A stretch of DNA of 64,000 nucleotides from Macrostomum hystrix (Eukaryota; Animalia; Platyhelminthes), in assembly GCA_950097015.1 (NCBI GenBank), contig CATNEN010000035.1, forward strand, positions 62,001-126,000, written 5' to 3'. Below the pieces are notes generated by a model. The model was given only the letters and a program-made list of their open reading frames with translations. It did no database searches and had not been told where the DNA came from. Shown in pieces: positions 31,901 through 44,286 of this stretch. A program made the translations under genes and the position numbers. The stretch's first letter is position 1, and every line of letters begins with the position of its first letter.

Positions 31901-34900
31901 ACAGCAGCACAATATTCACTGCCATGATGCGAACATGCCAGCGGGCTACGAGAAGGTTGCCATCGCCGCCGGGGTAGCCGACGTCGATGAAGTGCGTGAT
32001 GATTGAGGCCAATAGAATGATGTAGCACAGCCAGTCCAGGTAGTTCCAGGCGTCGGTGAAGTAGGACACGCCCGACTCCTCGACTGCTTTGCGCTCCTTC
32101 AGCCAGTAGTCCAGCTCCTCGGAGTGCTTGGCGTGGCAGTACTCGATGTCCGCTTCAATCTGGGCGACGCGCCACTTCTGCCAGCGCTGCGGATAAATGA
32201 CGGGGAGATGAGGTAGAAGATGGGGGCGATGGGGTAGAAGATGGGGTAGATGAGGTAGAAGATGGGGAGATGAGGTAGAAGATGGGGGAGATGAGGTAGA
32301 AGATGGGGGCGATGTAGAAGATGGGGGAGATGAGGTAGAAGATGGGGGAGATGAGGTAGAAGATGGGGAGATGAGGTAGAAGATGGGGGAGATGAGGTAG
32401 AAGATGGGGGAGATGAGGTAGAAGATGGGGGCGATGTAGAAGATGGGGGAGATGAGGTAGAAGATGGGGGAGATGAGGTAGAAGATGGGGTAGATGAGGT
32501 AGAAGATGGGGGCGATGGGGTAGAAGATGGGGTAGATGAGGTAGAAGATGGGGGAGATGAGGTAGAAGATGGGGAGATGGGGTAGAAGATGGGGTAGATG
32601 AGGTAGAAGATGGGGGAGATGAGGTAGAAGATGGGGGAGATGAGGTAGAAGATGGGGTAGATGAGGTAGAAGATAAGTGAGATGAGGTAGAAGATGGGGG
32701 AGATGAGGTAGAAGATGGGGGAGATGAGGTAGAAGATGGGGTAGATGAGGTAGAAGATAAGTGAGATGAGGTAGAAGATGGGGGAGATGAGGTAGAAGAT
32801 GGGGGAGATGAGGTAGAAGATGGGGGAGATGAGGTAGAAGATGGGGGAGATGAGGTAGAAGATGGGGTAGATGAGGTAGAAGATAAGTGAGATGAGGTAG
32901 AAGATGGAGGAGATGAGGTAGAAGATGGGGGCGATGGGGTAGAAGATGGGGTAGATGAGGTAGAAGATGAGTGAGATGAGGTAGAAGGTATGGGAGAGAA
33001 GGTAAAAGATGGGGGAGATAAGATATAAAAGAGTTGATAGTTGCAATAGAGCTGAGTCAACATTAAAGATGGAGTATCAATCACTAGCTCACATTGTGTC
33101 TAGCCCTGTCCTGAGCATATTCGTGGATCTCATCAGCAATGTTGTAGATGGTCAGCAAGATGGCCAGTGCCTGTTTTGAAGCGGCAAAAAATGGCATCGT
33201 CAACAACTGTTCGGCAAATGAAAAGAAATAGATAAGAAAATTAGTTTCTCGCACCAGAATCGCTATTCGGTAGCCCTCATCGGGCAGTACGTATTCGTAG
33301 CGCTGCGCCCACTCCTTGATGACGGCGAATGCCGTCCACAGAATGATGGTGATGAGCTGGAGGAGTATCTGCCAAATGGCCGTTTTCCTGCGGAATAAGC
33401 AGGCGAGAGGGTTGGAGACTGGGATTAGGGATTGGAATGCGGGATTGGGATCGGGGATTCAGGATTGGGGATTGGGGATTCGGATTAGGTGTGGAGATTG
33501 GGGATTTGGGTTATGGTTGGGGATTAGGGGTTGGGGATTGGTATTTGGGTCGGAGATTAGGATTGGGGATTCGGGATTGGGGGTGGGATTCGGATTAGGT
33601 GTGGGGATTCGGATTATGGTTGGGGATTTAGATTAGGGGTTGGGGGTTGGGGGTTGGGGATTGATTTTGTAGATTGGAAAAAAAATTTGGACGGGGTTAC
33701 GAATTAGGATTTGGATTTGAATTGGCATTGGGGATAGGGTTTGGGAGAGAGTTTGGGATAGCGATTAGAATAGGGGCAAGGATTTGGAGGGGTTTAAGAA
33801 TTGGGATCGGAATTGCGATAAGAAATTAGAACATGACGATTGGGATGTTGTTAGGGATTTGGGTGTTAATGAGGGCTTAGACACAGTTTAAGAGATTAGA
33901 ATATAAAGCATTTGACTTCCTGAAATGTTAAGCATTTGTAACATTCAATTTTCTGTTAAAAACTTCGCCAAGCAACAACTGAAAGCAATAAGTTAGGCGC
34001 ACAGCACAAAACGAAGGCAACGAATTGTTAAACCGAACTTTCAATTAGCGCGAGTGACTTGTTGAGCTCTAAGCTAAAGAGACTTATAGCAAGTTTATAT
34101 TGGAACTCAAATCCCCTTAGTACCGTCCATAATTAATCCATTGGAATTTGATGAGTTCCTGAACTACTGGCGACTTGATGGCCAGAAAGTTCTTTGTCTC
34201 AGTGATGGCCTTCATCTGAAACATTTTTTGCGCAAACCAGTTAAATAAAACCTTTCACTCTGGGAGTGCAGGAGTGAAGACGTGCAACTTAGGGGAGAAG
34301 AATGGTAAGAGATGGTAGAAGATTGGATAGAGATGGTAGAAGATTGGATAGAGATGGTAGAAGATTGGATAGAGATGGTAGAAGATTGGATAGAGATGGT
34401 AGAAGATTGGATAGAGATGGTAGAGGATTGGATAGAGATGGTAGAAGATTAGATGGAGATGGTAGAGGATTGGATAGAGATGGTAGAATATTGGATAGAG
34501 ATGGTAGAGGATTGGATAGAGATTGTAGAATATTGGATAGAGATGGTAGAATATTGGATAGAAATGATAGAGGATTGGATAGAAATGGTAGAGGATTGGA
34601 TAGAAATGGTAGAGGATTGGATAGAAATGGTAGAATATTGGATAGAGATGGTAGAATATTGGATAGAGATGGGAGAAGATTGGATAGAGATGGTAGAGGA
34701 TTGGATAGAGATGGTAGAAGATTGTATAGAAATGGTAGAGGATTGGATAGAAATGGTAGAGGATTGGATAGAGATGGTAGAGGATTGGATAGAGATGGTA
34801 GAATATTGGATAGAGATGATAAAATATTGGATAGAGATGGGAGAAGATTGGATAGAGATGGTAGAAGATCGGATAGAGAGGGTAGAATATTGGATAGAGA

Positions 34901-37900
34901 TGGTAGAATATTGGATAGAGATGGGAGAAGATTGGATAGAGATGGCAGAGGATTGGATAGAGATGGTAGAGGATTGGATAGAGATGGCAGAGGATCGGAT
35001 AGAGATGGTAGAGGATTGGAAAGAGATGGTAGAAGATTGGATAGAGATGGTAGAGGATTGGATAGAGATGGTAGAAGATCGGATAGAGATGGTAGAATAT
35101 TGGATAGAGATGGTAGAGGATTGGATAAAGATGGTAAAGGATTGGATAGAAATGGTAGAATATTGGATAGAGATGGTAGAAGATTGGATAGAGATGGTAG
35201 AATATTGGATAGAGATGGGGAAGATTGGATAGAGATGGAAGAAAATTGGATAGAGATGGTAGAAGATTGTATAGAAATGGTAGAAATATTGGATAGAAAT
35301 GGTAGAATATTGGATATAGATGGTAGAATATTGGATAGAGATGGTAGAATATTGAATAGAGATGGTAGAAGATTGGATAAAGATGGTAGAATATTGGATA
35401 GAGATGGTAGAGGATTGGATAAAGATGGTAGAGGATTGGATATAAATGGTAGAATATTGGATAGAGATGATAGAAGATTGGATAGAGATGGTAGAATATT
35501 GGATAGAGATGGGGAAGATTGGATAGAGATGGAAGAAAATTGGATAGATATGGTAGAAGATTGTATAGAAATGGTAGAATATTGGATAGAGATGGTAGAG
35601 GATTGGATAAAGATGGTAGAGGATTGGATATAAATGGTAGAATATTGGATAGAGATGGTAGAAGATTGGATAGAGATGGTAGAATATTGGATAGAGATGG
35701 GGAAGATTGGATAGAGATGGAAGAAAATTGGATAGATATGGTAGAAGATTGTATAGAAATGGTAGAAATATTGGATAGAGATGGGGAAGATTGGATAGAG
35801 ATGGTAGAGGATTGGATAGAGATGGTAGTGGATTGGATAGAGATGGTAGAGGATTGGATAGAGATGATAGAATATTGGATAGAGATGGTAGAGGATTGGA
35901 TAGAAATGATAGAGGATTGGATAGAAATGGTAGAGGATTGGATAGAGATGGTAGAGGATTGGATAGAAATGGTAGAGGATTGGATAGAGATGGTAGAGGA
36001 TTGGATAGAGATTGTAGAATATTGGATAGAGATGGTAGAGGATTGGATAGAGATGGTAGAAGATCGGATAGAGATGGTAGAGGATTGGATAGAGATGTTA
36101 GAATATTGGATAGACATGGTAGAGGATTGGATAGAGATGGTAGAAGATCGGATAGAGAGGGTAGAATATTGGATAGAGATGGTAGAGGATTGGATAAAGA
36201 TGGTAGAGGATTGGATAGAAATGGTAGAATATTGGATAGAGATGGTAGTATATTGGATAGAGATGGTAGAATATTGGATAAAGATGGGGAAGATTGGATA
36301 GAGATGGAAGAAAATTGGATAGAGATGGTAGAAGATTGGATAGAAATGATAGAGGATTGGATAGAAATGGTAGAGGATTGGATAGAGATGGTAGAGGATC
36401 GGATAGAGATGGTAGAAGATTGGATTGAGATGGTAGAGGATTGGATAGAGATGGGAGAAGATTGTATAGAAATGGTAGAAATATTGGATAGAGATGGTAG
36501 AAGATTGGATAGAGATGAGAGAAGATTGGATAGAGATGGTAGAATATTGGATAGAGATGGTAGAATATTGGATAGAGATGGGGAAGATTGTATAGAGATG
36601 GTAGAATATTGGATATAGATGGTAGAAGATTGGATAGAGATGGTAGAGGATTGGATAGAGATGGTAGAGGATTGGATAAAGATGGTAGAGGATCGGATAG
36701 AGATGGTAGAATAATGGATAGAGATGGGAGAAGAGTGCAAATCATGCAGGAGTAAAATCTGATTGATAAACATGATTGCTAATGATGGAATATAGTTTAA
36801 AGACAATAAAGATTTTCATCTTAGCTACCTGTTCGAGCTACGCTGAGCAATGTTGGGCACACAAATAGTTTACCAGCCTCAATTATCATAGAAATTTAGC
36901 AATCGATACAACTTTGGGACTCACAGATGAAATGTAGGGCAATTCGTCCAGCTGCTTGGGCGTGATGGAACCCTCGGCTGGCGACTCTCCCTCCTTTGAT
37001 TCGTGTCTCACCAACTTAGGATCCAGACGGAACAGGTCAAGGCGCTGCACGCGCTCAATGCGATAAGCCTCGTACAGCTGCTCGAGGGCGGCCTTGGCCT
37101 GCAACGGAGAGAGCAGGGATTGTAGGGATTGCAGGGATTGCAGGGATTGTAGGGATTGTAGGGATTGTAGGGATTGTAGGGATTGTAGGGATTGTAGGGA
37201 TTGTAGGGATTGTAGGGATTGTAGGGATTGTAGGGAGAGTAGGGATTGTAGGGATTGTAGGGATTGTAGGGAGAGTATGGATTGTAGGGATTGTAGGGAT
37301 TGTAGGGATTGTAGGGAGAGTATGGATTGTAGGGATTGTAGGGATTGTAGGGATTGTAGGGATTGTAGGGATTGTAGGGAGAGTAGGGATTGCAGGGAGA
37401 GTTGGGATTGTAGGGAGAGTATGGATTTTAGGGACTGCAGGGATTGTAGGGATTGTAGGGATTTTAGGGACTGCATGGATTTTAGGTATTTTGGGGATTT
37501 TAAAGGATTCTACGACCTAAATGGATTGTCAGGAACAAATAATAAACTGATAATAAACTGCACTCACCAGCGGCGGCATTTTCTGCACCAGAGGTACAAA
37601 GGCAATCTGGCCGCTGTTCTCCTGGCTAAACGCGTCGGCATTATTCTCCAGCAGCACTGCCGAAGTCTCGCTGCGGTCTGCGATGTGGTTTGTCAAGATA
37701 TTTCTGTTCAGGTGTAACACACTGATTGGAAAGATTAGCTACGCACCCACCCCACCTCCACCCAGATTGGACAGGCCAGCTAGGCACCCACCTCACCTCC
37801 ACCCAGATTGGACAGGCCAGCTAGGCACCCACCTCACCTCCACCCAGATTGGACAGGCCAGCTAGGCACCCACCTCACCTCCACCCAGATTGGACAGGCC

Positions 37901-39954
37901 AGCTAGGCACCCACCTCACCTCCACCCAGATTGGACAGGCAAGCTAGGCACCCACCCCACCTCACCCGGCGAGGATCTAGGTATAGGAGGCTAGAATCCA
38001 TTGCAAGCTTAACTAACCGAGCTCGGAGGCGGCGAACAGGGGAGTCCTGCCGCGATAGTCGCGCACATTTATGTCGCAGCCGAGTTTAATCAGCGCCCTC
38101 AGCGACCGTGTCGAGTCGGTCTTGGCTGCGAAGAACAGCGGCGTCTGGCCGTTGCTGGCCTTGGCCTCGATATTAGCGCCACGGCGGGCCAGGACGCGGC
38201 ACATCTCCGGGTAGTTGCTGGCCGCGGCCACATGTAGCGGAGTCCAGCCGAGATAGTCGGCAGCGTTCGGATCGCCGCTGCACTCGATCATGAGGTCCAT
38301 GACGCTCGGGCTCCAGTTGGCGGCGACTTCATGCAGCACAGTCTGATTGTGCCTATCACGGGCGTTCAAATCGGCGCCCTGCTTGATTAGGTCCATGATA
38401 AAGTCTGCGCATGGGCGGAGGGGTGGATTTGTATGGTGGATTCTCTGTTGCTAAAAATAGATTTTTGCAGCACTGACTTGTACCAACAGCCAATCAGAAA
38501 ATTGTATTACTATAATCGTGACTGCGAAATTCCTGTGTTCCTAAAATAGGAACTTCACTCTTCATTAAAATCATCAAATGAATTTACCTGCGTCAAGCTC
38601 ATCAGTATGCAGGTCGCTGTTTGGCGTACTAATCTTTATGAAGTACTGTAGCAGGCGCCGGTTGAGCAGCTTCTGATCTGGTGGGCCGCCGTCGTCGGCA
38701 AGATCGCGACCAAACAGTCGAGTCCGATTGGCGCCCTGCTCGTCAACTGCCAGCAGAGAAGAGACCGGGCCTGCGTTGTCCGGTTAGATGGCGCCACAGG
38801 ATTGGTCATGTTCTCAAAAGCTTTGCTTAATACAGGCTGCATAAAGGTGTCAGCACAACAATAAAGGCTTACAAGCATTCTCATCCTCATCTGTCACTTT
38901 GTGCGGGATGTCATGCACGTAGCGCCTCTGTCTAGTCACCGAGTGCCACTTATTGAGGCTCGTTCTGATATTTGCGACACCTTCGAAACGTAATCCCGCC
39001 CTGGTTCATAGTTTAGTTAAGAGTGGTGCAAGTTTTATCATCATAGTGGCAGAAAAAAACATGGTTTTTAACTATTACGAGCCTATAACTTACTCGTTTA
39101 CTTTTTTATGAAATGTTTTAACGTAATGTTTTGTGTCCTATAGACATTCATTCTAACAATTCAAATATAAATCACAGTCGCGCCATGGTCTTTGAGATTC
39201 AAGGAATTAAACAAAAAACTAGCAATAAGTTTTTCTTGGTGATTGTTATTAATTTTAAGATTCATATATTTAAGGCAGAACTGCATAAAGGTGAGATATT
39301 TGAATAAAAAGTCATGGCTTTAGTTTTCTATTTACCTCTTCTTTCTTTCAAACAATTTCAAATTAAAAGTAATTTGACAGCTACGTTCCAATAAGACACC
39401 CTGTAATAACCTGGCTTTTACTTGGTATTTAACATTTGGAAATACTACACTACAAAAAGCAAAAAACAAAAGCAAAAAGTAATCAGTTCTAGTAGAGAAA
39501 ATTAGTTTCTTTCTTTACAACTGCTTATTTGATATAACAAAAATAATATATAATCCTAGACTCTATGTATCACATACATTCATTATATTTTTTGTGGATA
39601 CATAAATGATTTTCTACTCGTCTTTTAATTCTGTTAAATTGTGAAAATGTATAGATGTGAATATTTGTAAATACACAGAGAAGCTTAAATTAATTGAGTA
39701 ATGAATTGAAGTGGAAATAGATAGAGCTTATGAAATTGTGAATTTGACAAAAAACGGACGAAAAAAAGGAAAACATTGGCATTTTTTCGTCAGTTCTAAG
39801 GCATTTGTGGTTTGTAACCTATAGATCGTATACTGACTAAAGAAAGCCTCTCTTGAAAATTGGTGGGTGCATGAAAAATTGAACAAAGAACTCACGAAAT
39901 CACTTCGTCTGGATTCACGGAGGGAGACACCGGTAGCTTAGATTTTTCTGACAT
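25996..39954 (-). CDS. TRP cation channel (ankyrin repeats + 6-TM Ion_trans domain), TRPV/TRPVL-like, about 864 aa
   Basis: complement(join(25996..26154,26882..27055,28150..28351,28705..28820,29844..30031,31775..32186,33093..33170,33255..33387,34124..34215,36925..37098,37568..37677,38018..38404,38588..38770,38873..39000,39896..39954)), 2595 nt, all GT-AG with matching phases. It has 4-5 ankyrin repeats (TVLHEVA, TPLHVAA, TPLFFAA, TPLFAAS), YFTDAWNYLDW, WMRLLKYAKPF..CGPFIVML, pore FRITLVDDYDY and S6 FLNLFIAQLSESF. The first two exons are less certain. Confidence 0.88.
26165..26730. repeat. 16-bp minisatellite (GGGTTCTTGGGGTG[TG]T)n in TRP intron
   Basis: Direct reading. Confidence 0.95.
27095..28125. 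repeat. 17-bp minisatellite (TTCACAGAATT[TA]CACAG)n filling a TRP intron
   Basis: Direct reading; covers about 94% of intron 27056-28149. Confidence 0.96.
28430..28605. repeat. Degenerate about 23-bp repeat (aagtgtaatccc core)
   Basis: About 8 imperfect copies. Confidence 0.8.
28868..29712. repeat. 16-bp minisatellite (TTCACACCAACCCACA)n
   Basis: Direct reading. Confidence 0.96.
30123..31388. repeat. 16-bp minisatellite (GAGAGATGAGACAGGG)n
   Basis: Direct reading; same family as 10845-12570. Confidence 0.96.
31434..31705 (-). mobile_element. MITE family 2 copy in TRP intron
   Basis: Homologous to 6605-6775; terminus cacgtggggatttcaaatac. Confidence 0.55.
31720..31772 (-). mobile_element. 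hAT-like MITE left-end fragment at TRP intron donor
   Basis: Minus-strand gagtcggcaaactccagcccgcaggccaaatgcggccctcga aligns to the left end of 7449-8461. Confidence 0.65.
32200..33030. repeat. 21-bp minisatellite (GATGAGGTAGAAGATGGGGGA)n
   Basis: Direct reading. Confidence 0.95.
33415..33900. repeat. Degenerate GGGATT/GGGGTT low-complexity tract
   Basis: Direct reading. Confidence 0.75.
34300..36735. repeat. 21-bp minisatellite (GATTGGATAGAGATGGTAGAA)n
   Basis: About 115 units. Confidence 0.97.
37112..37495. repeat. 9-bp repeat (GGGATTGTA)n
   Basis: Direct reading. Confidence 0.95.
37744..37965. repeat. 41-bp minisatellite, about 5 copies
   Basis: Unit cacccacctcacctccacccagattggacaggccagctagg. 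Confidence 0.95.
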
Positions 39955-41176
39955 CTTGGATTCGGTTTAGTGGCTATTGGTAATAAAATATTAAGCACAC
40001 ATCGGCGAAATTAAAATTGAACCGCTTCGGATGATTTTGTCCTAGCGCAAACTAGTAAAACAAAAATACAAGTGGTTTTTTTCAAAAGAAATTATACTAA
40101 GGCTATTTTAGAGGGCAAATTTTTGCAGAAGTTTTTTTGTCTTTTTACTTTATAAATCATAAAATGTAAGATTTTCGTGACTTCGACAAAAAAATATTTT
40201 AAGACTTCATTGCTTTTTTATGAAGGCTTAATTAAGCAATACAAAGGAACTAGCATGGTTTACTAGTTTTGATTGTCTCATGCATAAGAAAACAATCGAA
40301 CTTAAATCTCTTAAACACTACCACATATACAATTTAGCTTTTTAATTTAGCTTCAATTTTAGCTTCATCTTCATCAGATTTCAGTGTTCAGGTGAACCTT
40401 AGCTTTAATCCGCTTAATCTATTCTATACACATCTAACTTTAACTTTCAATTTAGTTTAGATTAATTTGATATGTTCCTACTCGTTCTTTGGCCAAGGTG
40501 CTTAGTTTTAGAAAATTCTTATTAAAATTAGCATAGACATAATTCATGTTCCACTTTTAACCAAGGACCACTAGGAGTAGAGTACTCGGCCTAGTGGTCC
40601 TTGCTTCTACCTATGCACATATTATCGCTCGTGCCAGCCTCATATTAAGTATGAGAGACTTAATTAAGTCGCAATATGCATCGCAATATGCAGAGTGTAG
40701 TGCATATGACGACATATGTCGTCATGTAATCGGGTATTTTATGACACCTTAATTCCGATAAAAATGGATGTGCAGCACAGACTCTTTTGAAGATAGCACA
40801 ATCGAGGAAGTGTACGATCAACAGTGTGTCACTTTGGTACTAATCAAATAGACTGAAATGAGAACGAGAGCAAAGAGACAGAAATAGAAAGCGCCGAAGC
40901 TTTACGAATAGAGTGCTCTGCAGTCCACACGAGAAGCCTCATTGGATCGCTTGAATTTATCGGAAATGAAATTCAATCCCGGCGATAACCAGACAGCAAA
41001 TTCTGTGGCATATCATTTTCTAAATGTACCTTTCAGGTTTACCTTCTCACAGCTTAAGAAATATATAAAAATTCAGGAGAGATTATCAAATATGCACTTT
41101 AAAAAAATGAACGCTTTTTTCATTTATCATCGATGTCATAAAAGTACACGATCTACCGCCCCCCCGTTTCAGTTTG

Positions 41177-41590
41177 GGGTGAGATCTGCCGCTAAAAGAT
41201 GCAGTTTGAGATGTGATCTGCCGCTAATTATAGATGCAGTTTGAGATGTGATCTGCCGCTAACAGATGCAGTTTGAGATGTGATCTGCCGCTAAAAGATG
41301 CAGTTTGAGATGTGATCTGCCGCTAACAGATGCAGTTTGAGATGTGATCTGCCGCTAACAGATGCAGTTTGAGATGTGATCTGCCGCTAATAGATGCAGT
41401 TTGAGATGTGATCTGCCGCTAACAGATGCAGTTTGAGGTGTGATCTGCCGCTAACAGATGCAGTTTGAGGTGTGATCTGCAGCTAATAGATGCAGTTTGA
41501 GGTGTGATCTGCAGCTAACAGATGCAGTTTGAGATGTGATCTGCCGCTAACAGATACAGTTTGAGATGTGATCTGCCGCTAGAAGACGCA
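41177..41590. repeat. 32-bp minisatellite, about 13 copies
   Basis: Unit agatgcagtttgagatgtgatctgccgctaac. Confidence 0.95.
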
Positions 41591-42134
41591 GTCCCTGTCT
41601 GGGATCATTCACTTTCACCCTTAACCTAAAGCGATAATATGTTTAAGGTTATAGCAGCTGTTTAACATGTTTGGCAATCTCAAATAGCAGATATAGGCAA
41701 TCCTGCAACTGCAGTATTTGAACAGGCGAGTCTCACTAGGCGAGTGACATCAAAGACAAAAAAGTAGCTTTTGTTGCAACAATCAATTTACATATTGTCA
41801 GTGAAAGCTTTGCAGTTCGGCCTAACAAAGGAGCCAACCTGAAGGGCGAGATGGGATCAAAGGAAAGCGCCTAATTGCTTCCTTAGAATCAGACTGGGCG
41901 AGCCGTTGGCATTTGTATCTGAATTGCTAAAAATTTCACCTGAGAAGCAACTGTTGCATTTGTCTTCATATCTCCATATTGAATAGCAATTTAAGTCGAC
42001 AATATGTAGCAGGATTTGAACCTTAATTAAACTCCGACCTCCTCTTTTAACTGGCGCGCCCTAGTCTGACGCTAAGTGGGCTTTTAGTAGATGCTGAGAA
42101 AGTGATACCTCAGTATAATGATAATAAAATATCT

Positions 42135-42362
42135 TCTTATTATTGCAGGAGGGCTTCGGGCAATGGCACATCATTTGGTCGCACTAGACCCGCAGCCAGC
42201 GAGGAGGCAATTCTGCCCATTCCGCTGACCCCTGAGCACACGCGCACACAGATACCGTACGCAGGCACACGCTCACACAGGTGATAACTGACCTCGCCGC
42301 GGAATCGAGCTCAGGGACCTTGGTGCGAGAGGCAAACGCGTTGACCGCTCAGCCACTCATCC
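42135..42362 (-). mobile_element. SINE family 1, internally deleted copy
   Basis: The tRNA head is joined directly to the 3' body (cacctgtgtgagc...) and the middle region is missing. Confidence 0.8.
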
Positions 42363-42889
42363 TTTGTCTATAGAGATAAAGCAATTCGAGTCGAGTCAGT
42401 CGAATTATGACGCATGCATGAACAAAATGATCACTTCATCTTAGCAAAGCAATGGAATCTGCACAAATGCAGAATTATGCTGTCATGCTATGGGAGTAGC
42501 TTTTCAAATCCATTTCCTTTCTAGGTATGGACAGGAAGCTAGATTTCATTCAAAATTCATACAATCAGACTGTCTGATATCCAATGCGAAATCGTGGAAA
42601 GAATTTTCGTAGACAATGTTATCTGAAAAAAAATCATGACAGTGGAAGGACGCCAGCCCGTTGACAGCGTAGATTGTCTAGCGGGGGCACGACTAGTTGT
42701 CGCATCTGCTCTCAAATTTCCACCTGATTTAACTTGATCATCCAAACTTGGTCGAAATGTTATCGAGCTGAAATATGGCATTGCGAGAAAACTTTTATAA
42801 GTTTCCATCCTTTATAGAGTGTCAAATAGAAATATAATTAAGTCTTCGAAATTCGAAACTTACTGTGCATCCACGAACAATGGGCTTAC

Positions 42890-43510
42890 CTTGTATAACT
42901 CCCTGATCTTCATGTATAACTCACAGATATTCATGTATAACTCACAGATCTCCATGTATAACTCACAGATCTTCATGTATAACTCATTGATCTTCATGTA
43001 TAACTCACAGATATTCATGTATAACTCACAGATCTCCATGTATAACTCCCTGATCTTCATGTATAACTCACAGATATTCATGTATAACTCACAGATCTCC
43101 ATGTATAACTCACAGATCTTCATGTATAACTCACTGATCTTCATGTATAACTCACAGATCTCCATGTATAACTCACAGATCTCCATGTATAACCCTCAGA
43201 TATTCATGTATAACTCCCTGATCTTCATGTATAACTCACTGATCTTCATGTATAACTCACTGATCTTCATGTATAACTCACTGATCTTCATGTATAACTC
43301 ACTGATCTTCATGTATAACTCACAGATCTTCATGTGTAACTCCCTGATCTTCATGTATAACTCACAGATCTCCATGTGTAACTCACAGATCTTCATGTAT
43401 AACTCACAGATCTTCATGTATAACTCCCTGATCTTCATGTATAACTCACAGATATTCATGTATAATTCACAGATCTTCATGTATAAGTCACAGTTCTTCA
43501 TGTATAACTC
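42890..43510. repeat. 21-bp minisatellite (ATGTATAACTCACAGATCTTC)n
   Basis: About 29 units. Confidence 0.96.
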
Positions 43511-44119
43511 AGAGATACATGAATATAACAAAAAATTATTTGATGGAAAAATTCAGTAAAAATTAGTTAGAAAAAAACTTTAAAAAATCTACAAATTTTA
43601 TTTTTAATTCTGATAGCTAGCTCTAATATAATGGATATTGTCAGTATGTATGTTGTGAGAGTACATCAGATATTTTCCTGTATTTTAAGCTGAAGATTTT
43701 AAAGATTACTGTAGTCAAAGCAAGGAAGAAATCGATTTAAATTCTTTATGCTAGTGTAAACACTTTTATCAGTGAAATTTTTTGCCACCCGACACTCTGC
43801 ATTGAGCTCCAGTGAGCTGGTCCCAAATTTAATCCGCATCCACTATATACTGTCAGATTACTCAGGTACCAAGCTTAGAGGCACATTGCTATTGTTGGTC
43901 TGATTAACTTTGGCAGCACAGATGCTTATTGGCCGCTGGAGTTCTGACTGGGTTCGCGTCTTTGCTCAGCCTCACCAGTTGGCTAAAATTACAGAAAAAA
44001 GAGTCCGGGCCAAGAATGAATGGCGAAATCGATTGATTCTTGAACCTAAGGAGAGCGGAGGGCACGTAGGGGTGAGCGATTCTTTGGAAGAATAGGAGAC
44101 AGATTAAATCTGCAACGAC

Positions 44120-44150
44120 GTCATTGGCTGAGGGATGCCAGCCAATCAGA
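44120..44150. promoter_or_regulatory. Possible pair of CCAAT boxes upstream of the GPCR
   Basis: cattggctg...cagccaatc about 150 bp upstream of the ATG; motif match only. Confidence 0.25.
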
Positions 44151-44286
44151 AATGAAGGAACGGATAAGCAAAAACTGCTAAGACGCTGAGACGACAGACC
44201 GTCTTATCCTTAAAGTTCTTACTAAACGTCTTAAAGTGATTTTTTACTGTCTCAAGAGGTAGCCAAGAGAGTTACTTTTTACTTTA

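Noticed and set aside
26148-37717. Repeat-derived ORFs inside the TRP introns (e.g. 339, 477, 620, 785 aa, DCR repeats)
   Set aside because: They are translations of intronic minisatellites. Only their exon-overlapping ends are coding, and those are assigned to the TRP gene.
39380-39405. Tc1/mariner-type TIR (gacaccctg|ta)
   Set aside because: Only one end was found and there is no partner TIR nearby, so it is too little to call an element.
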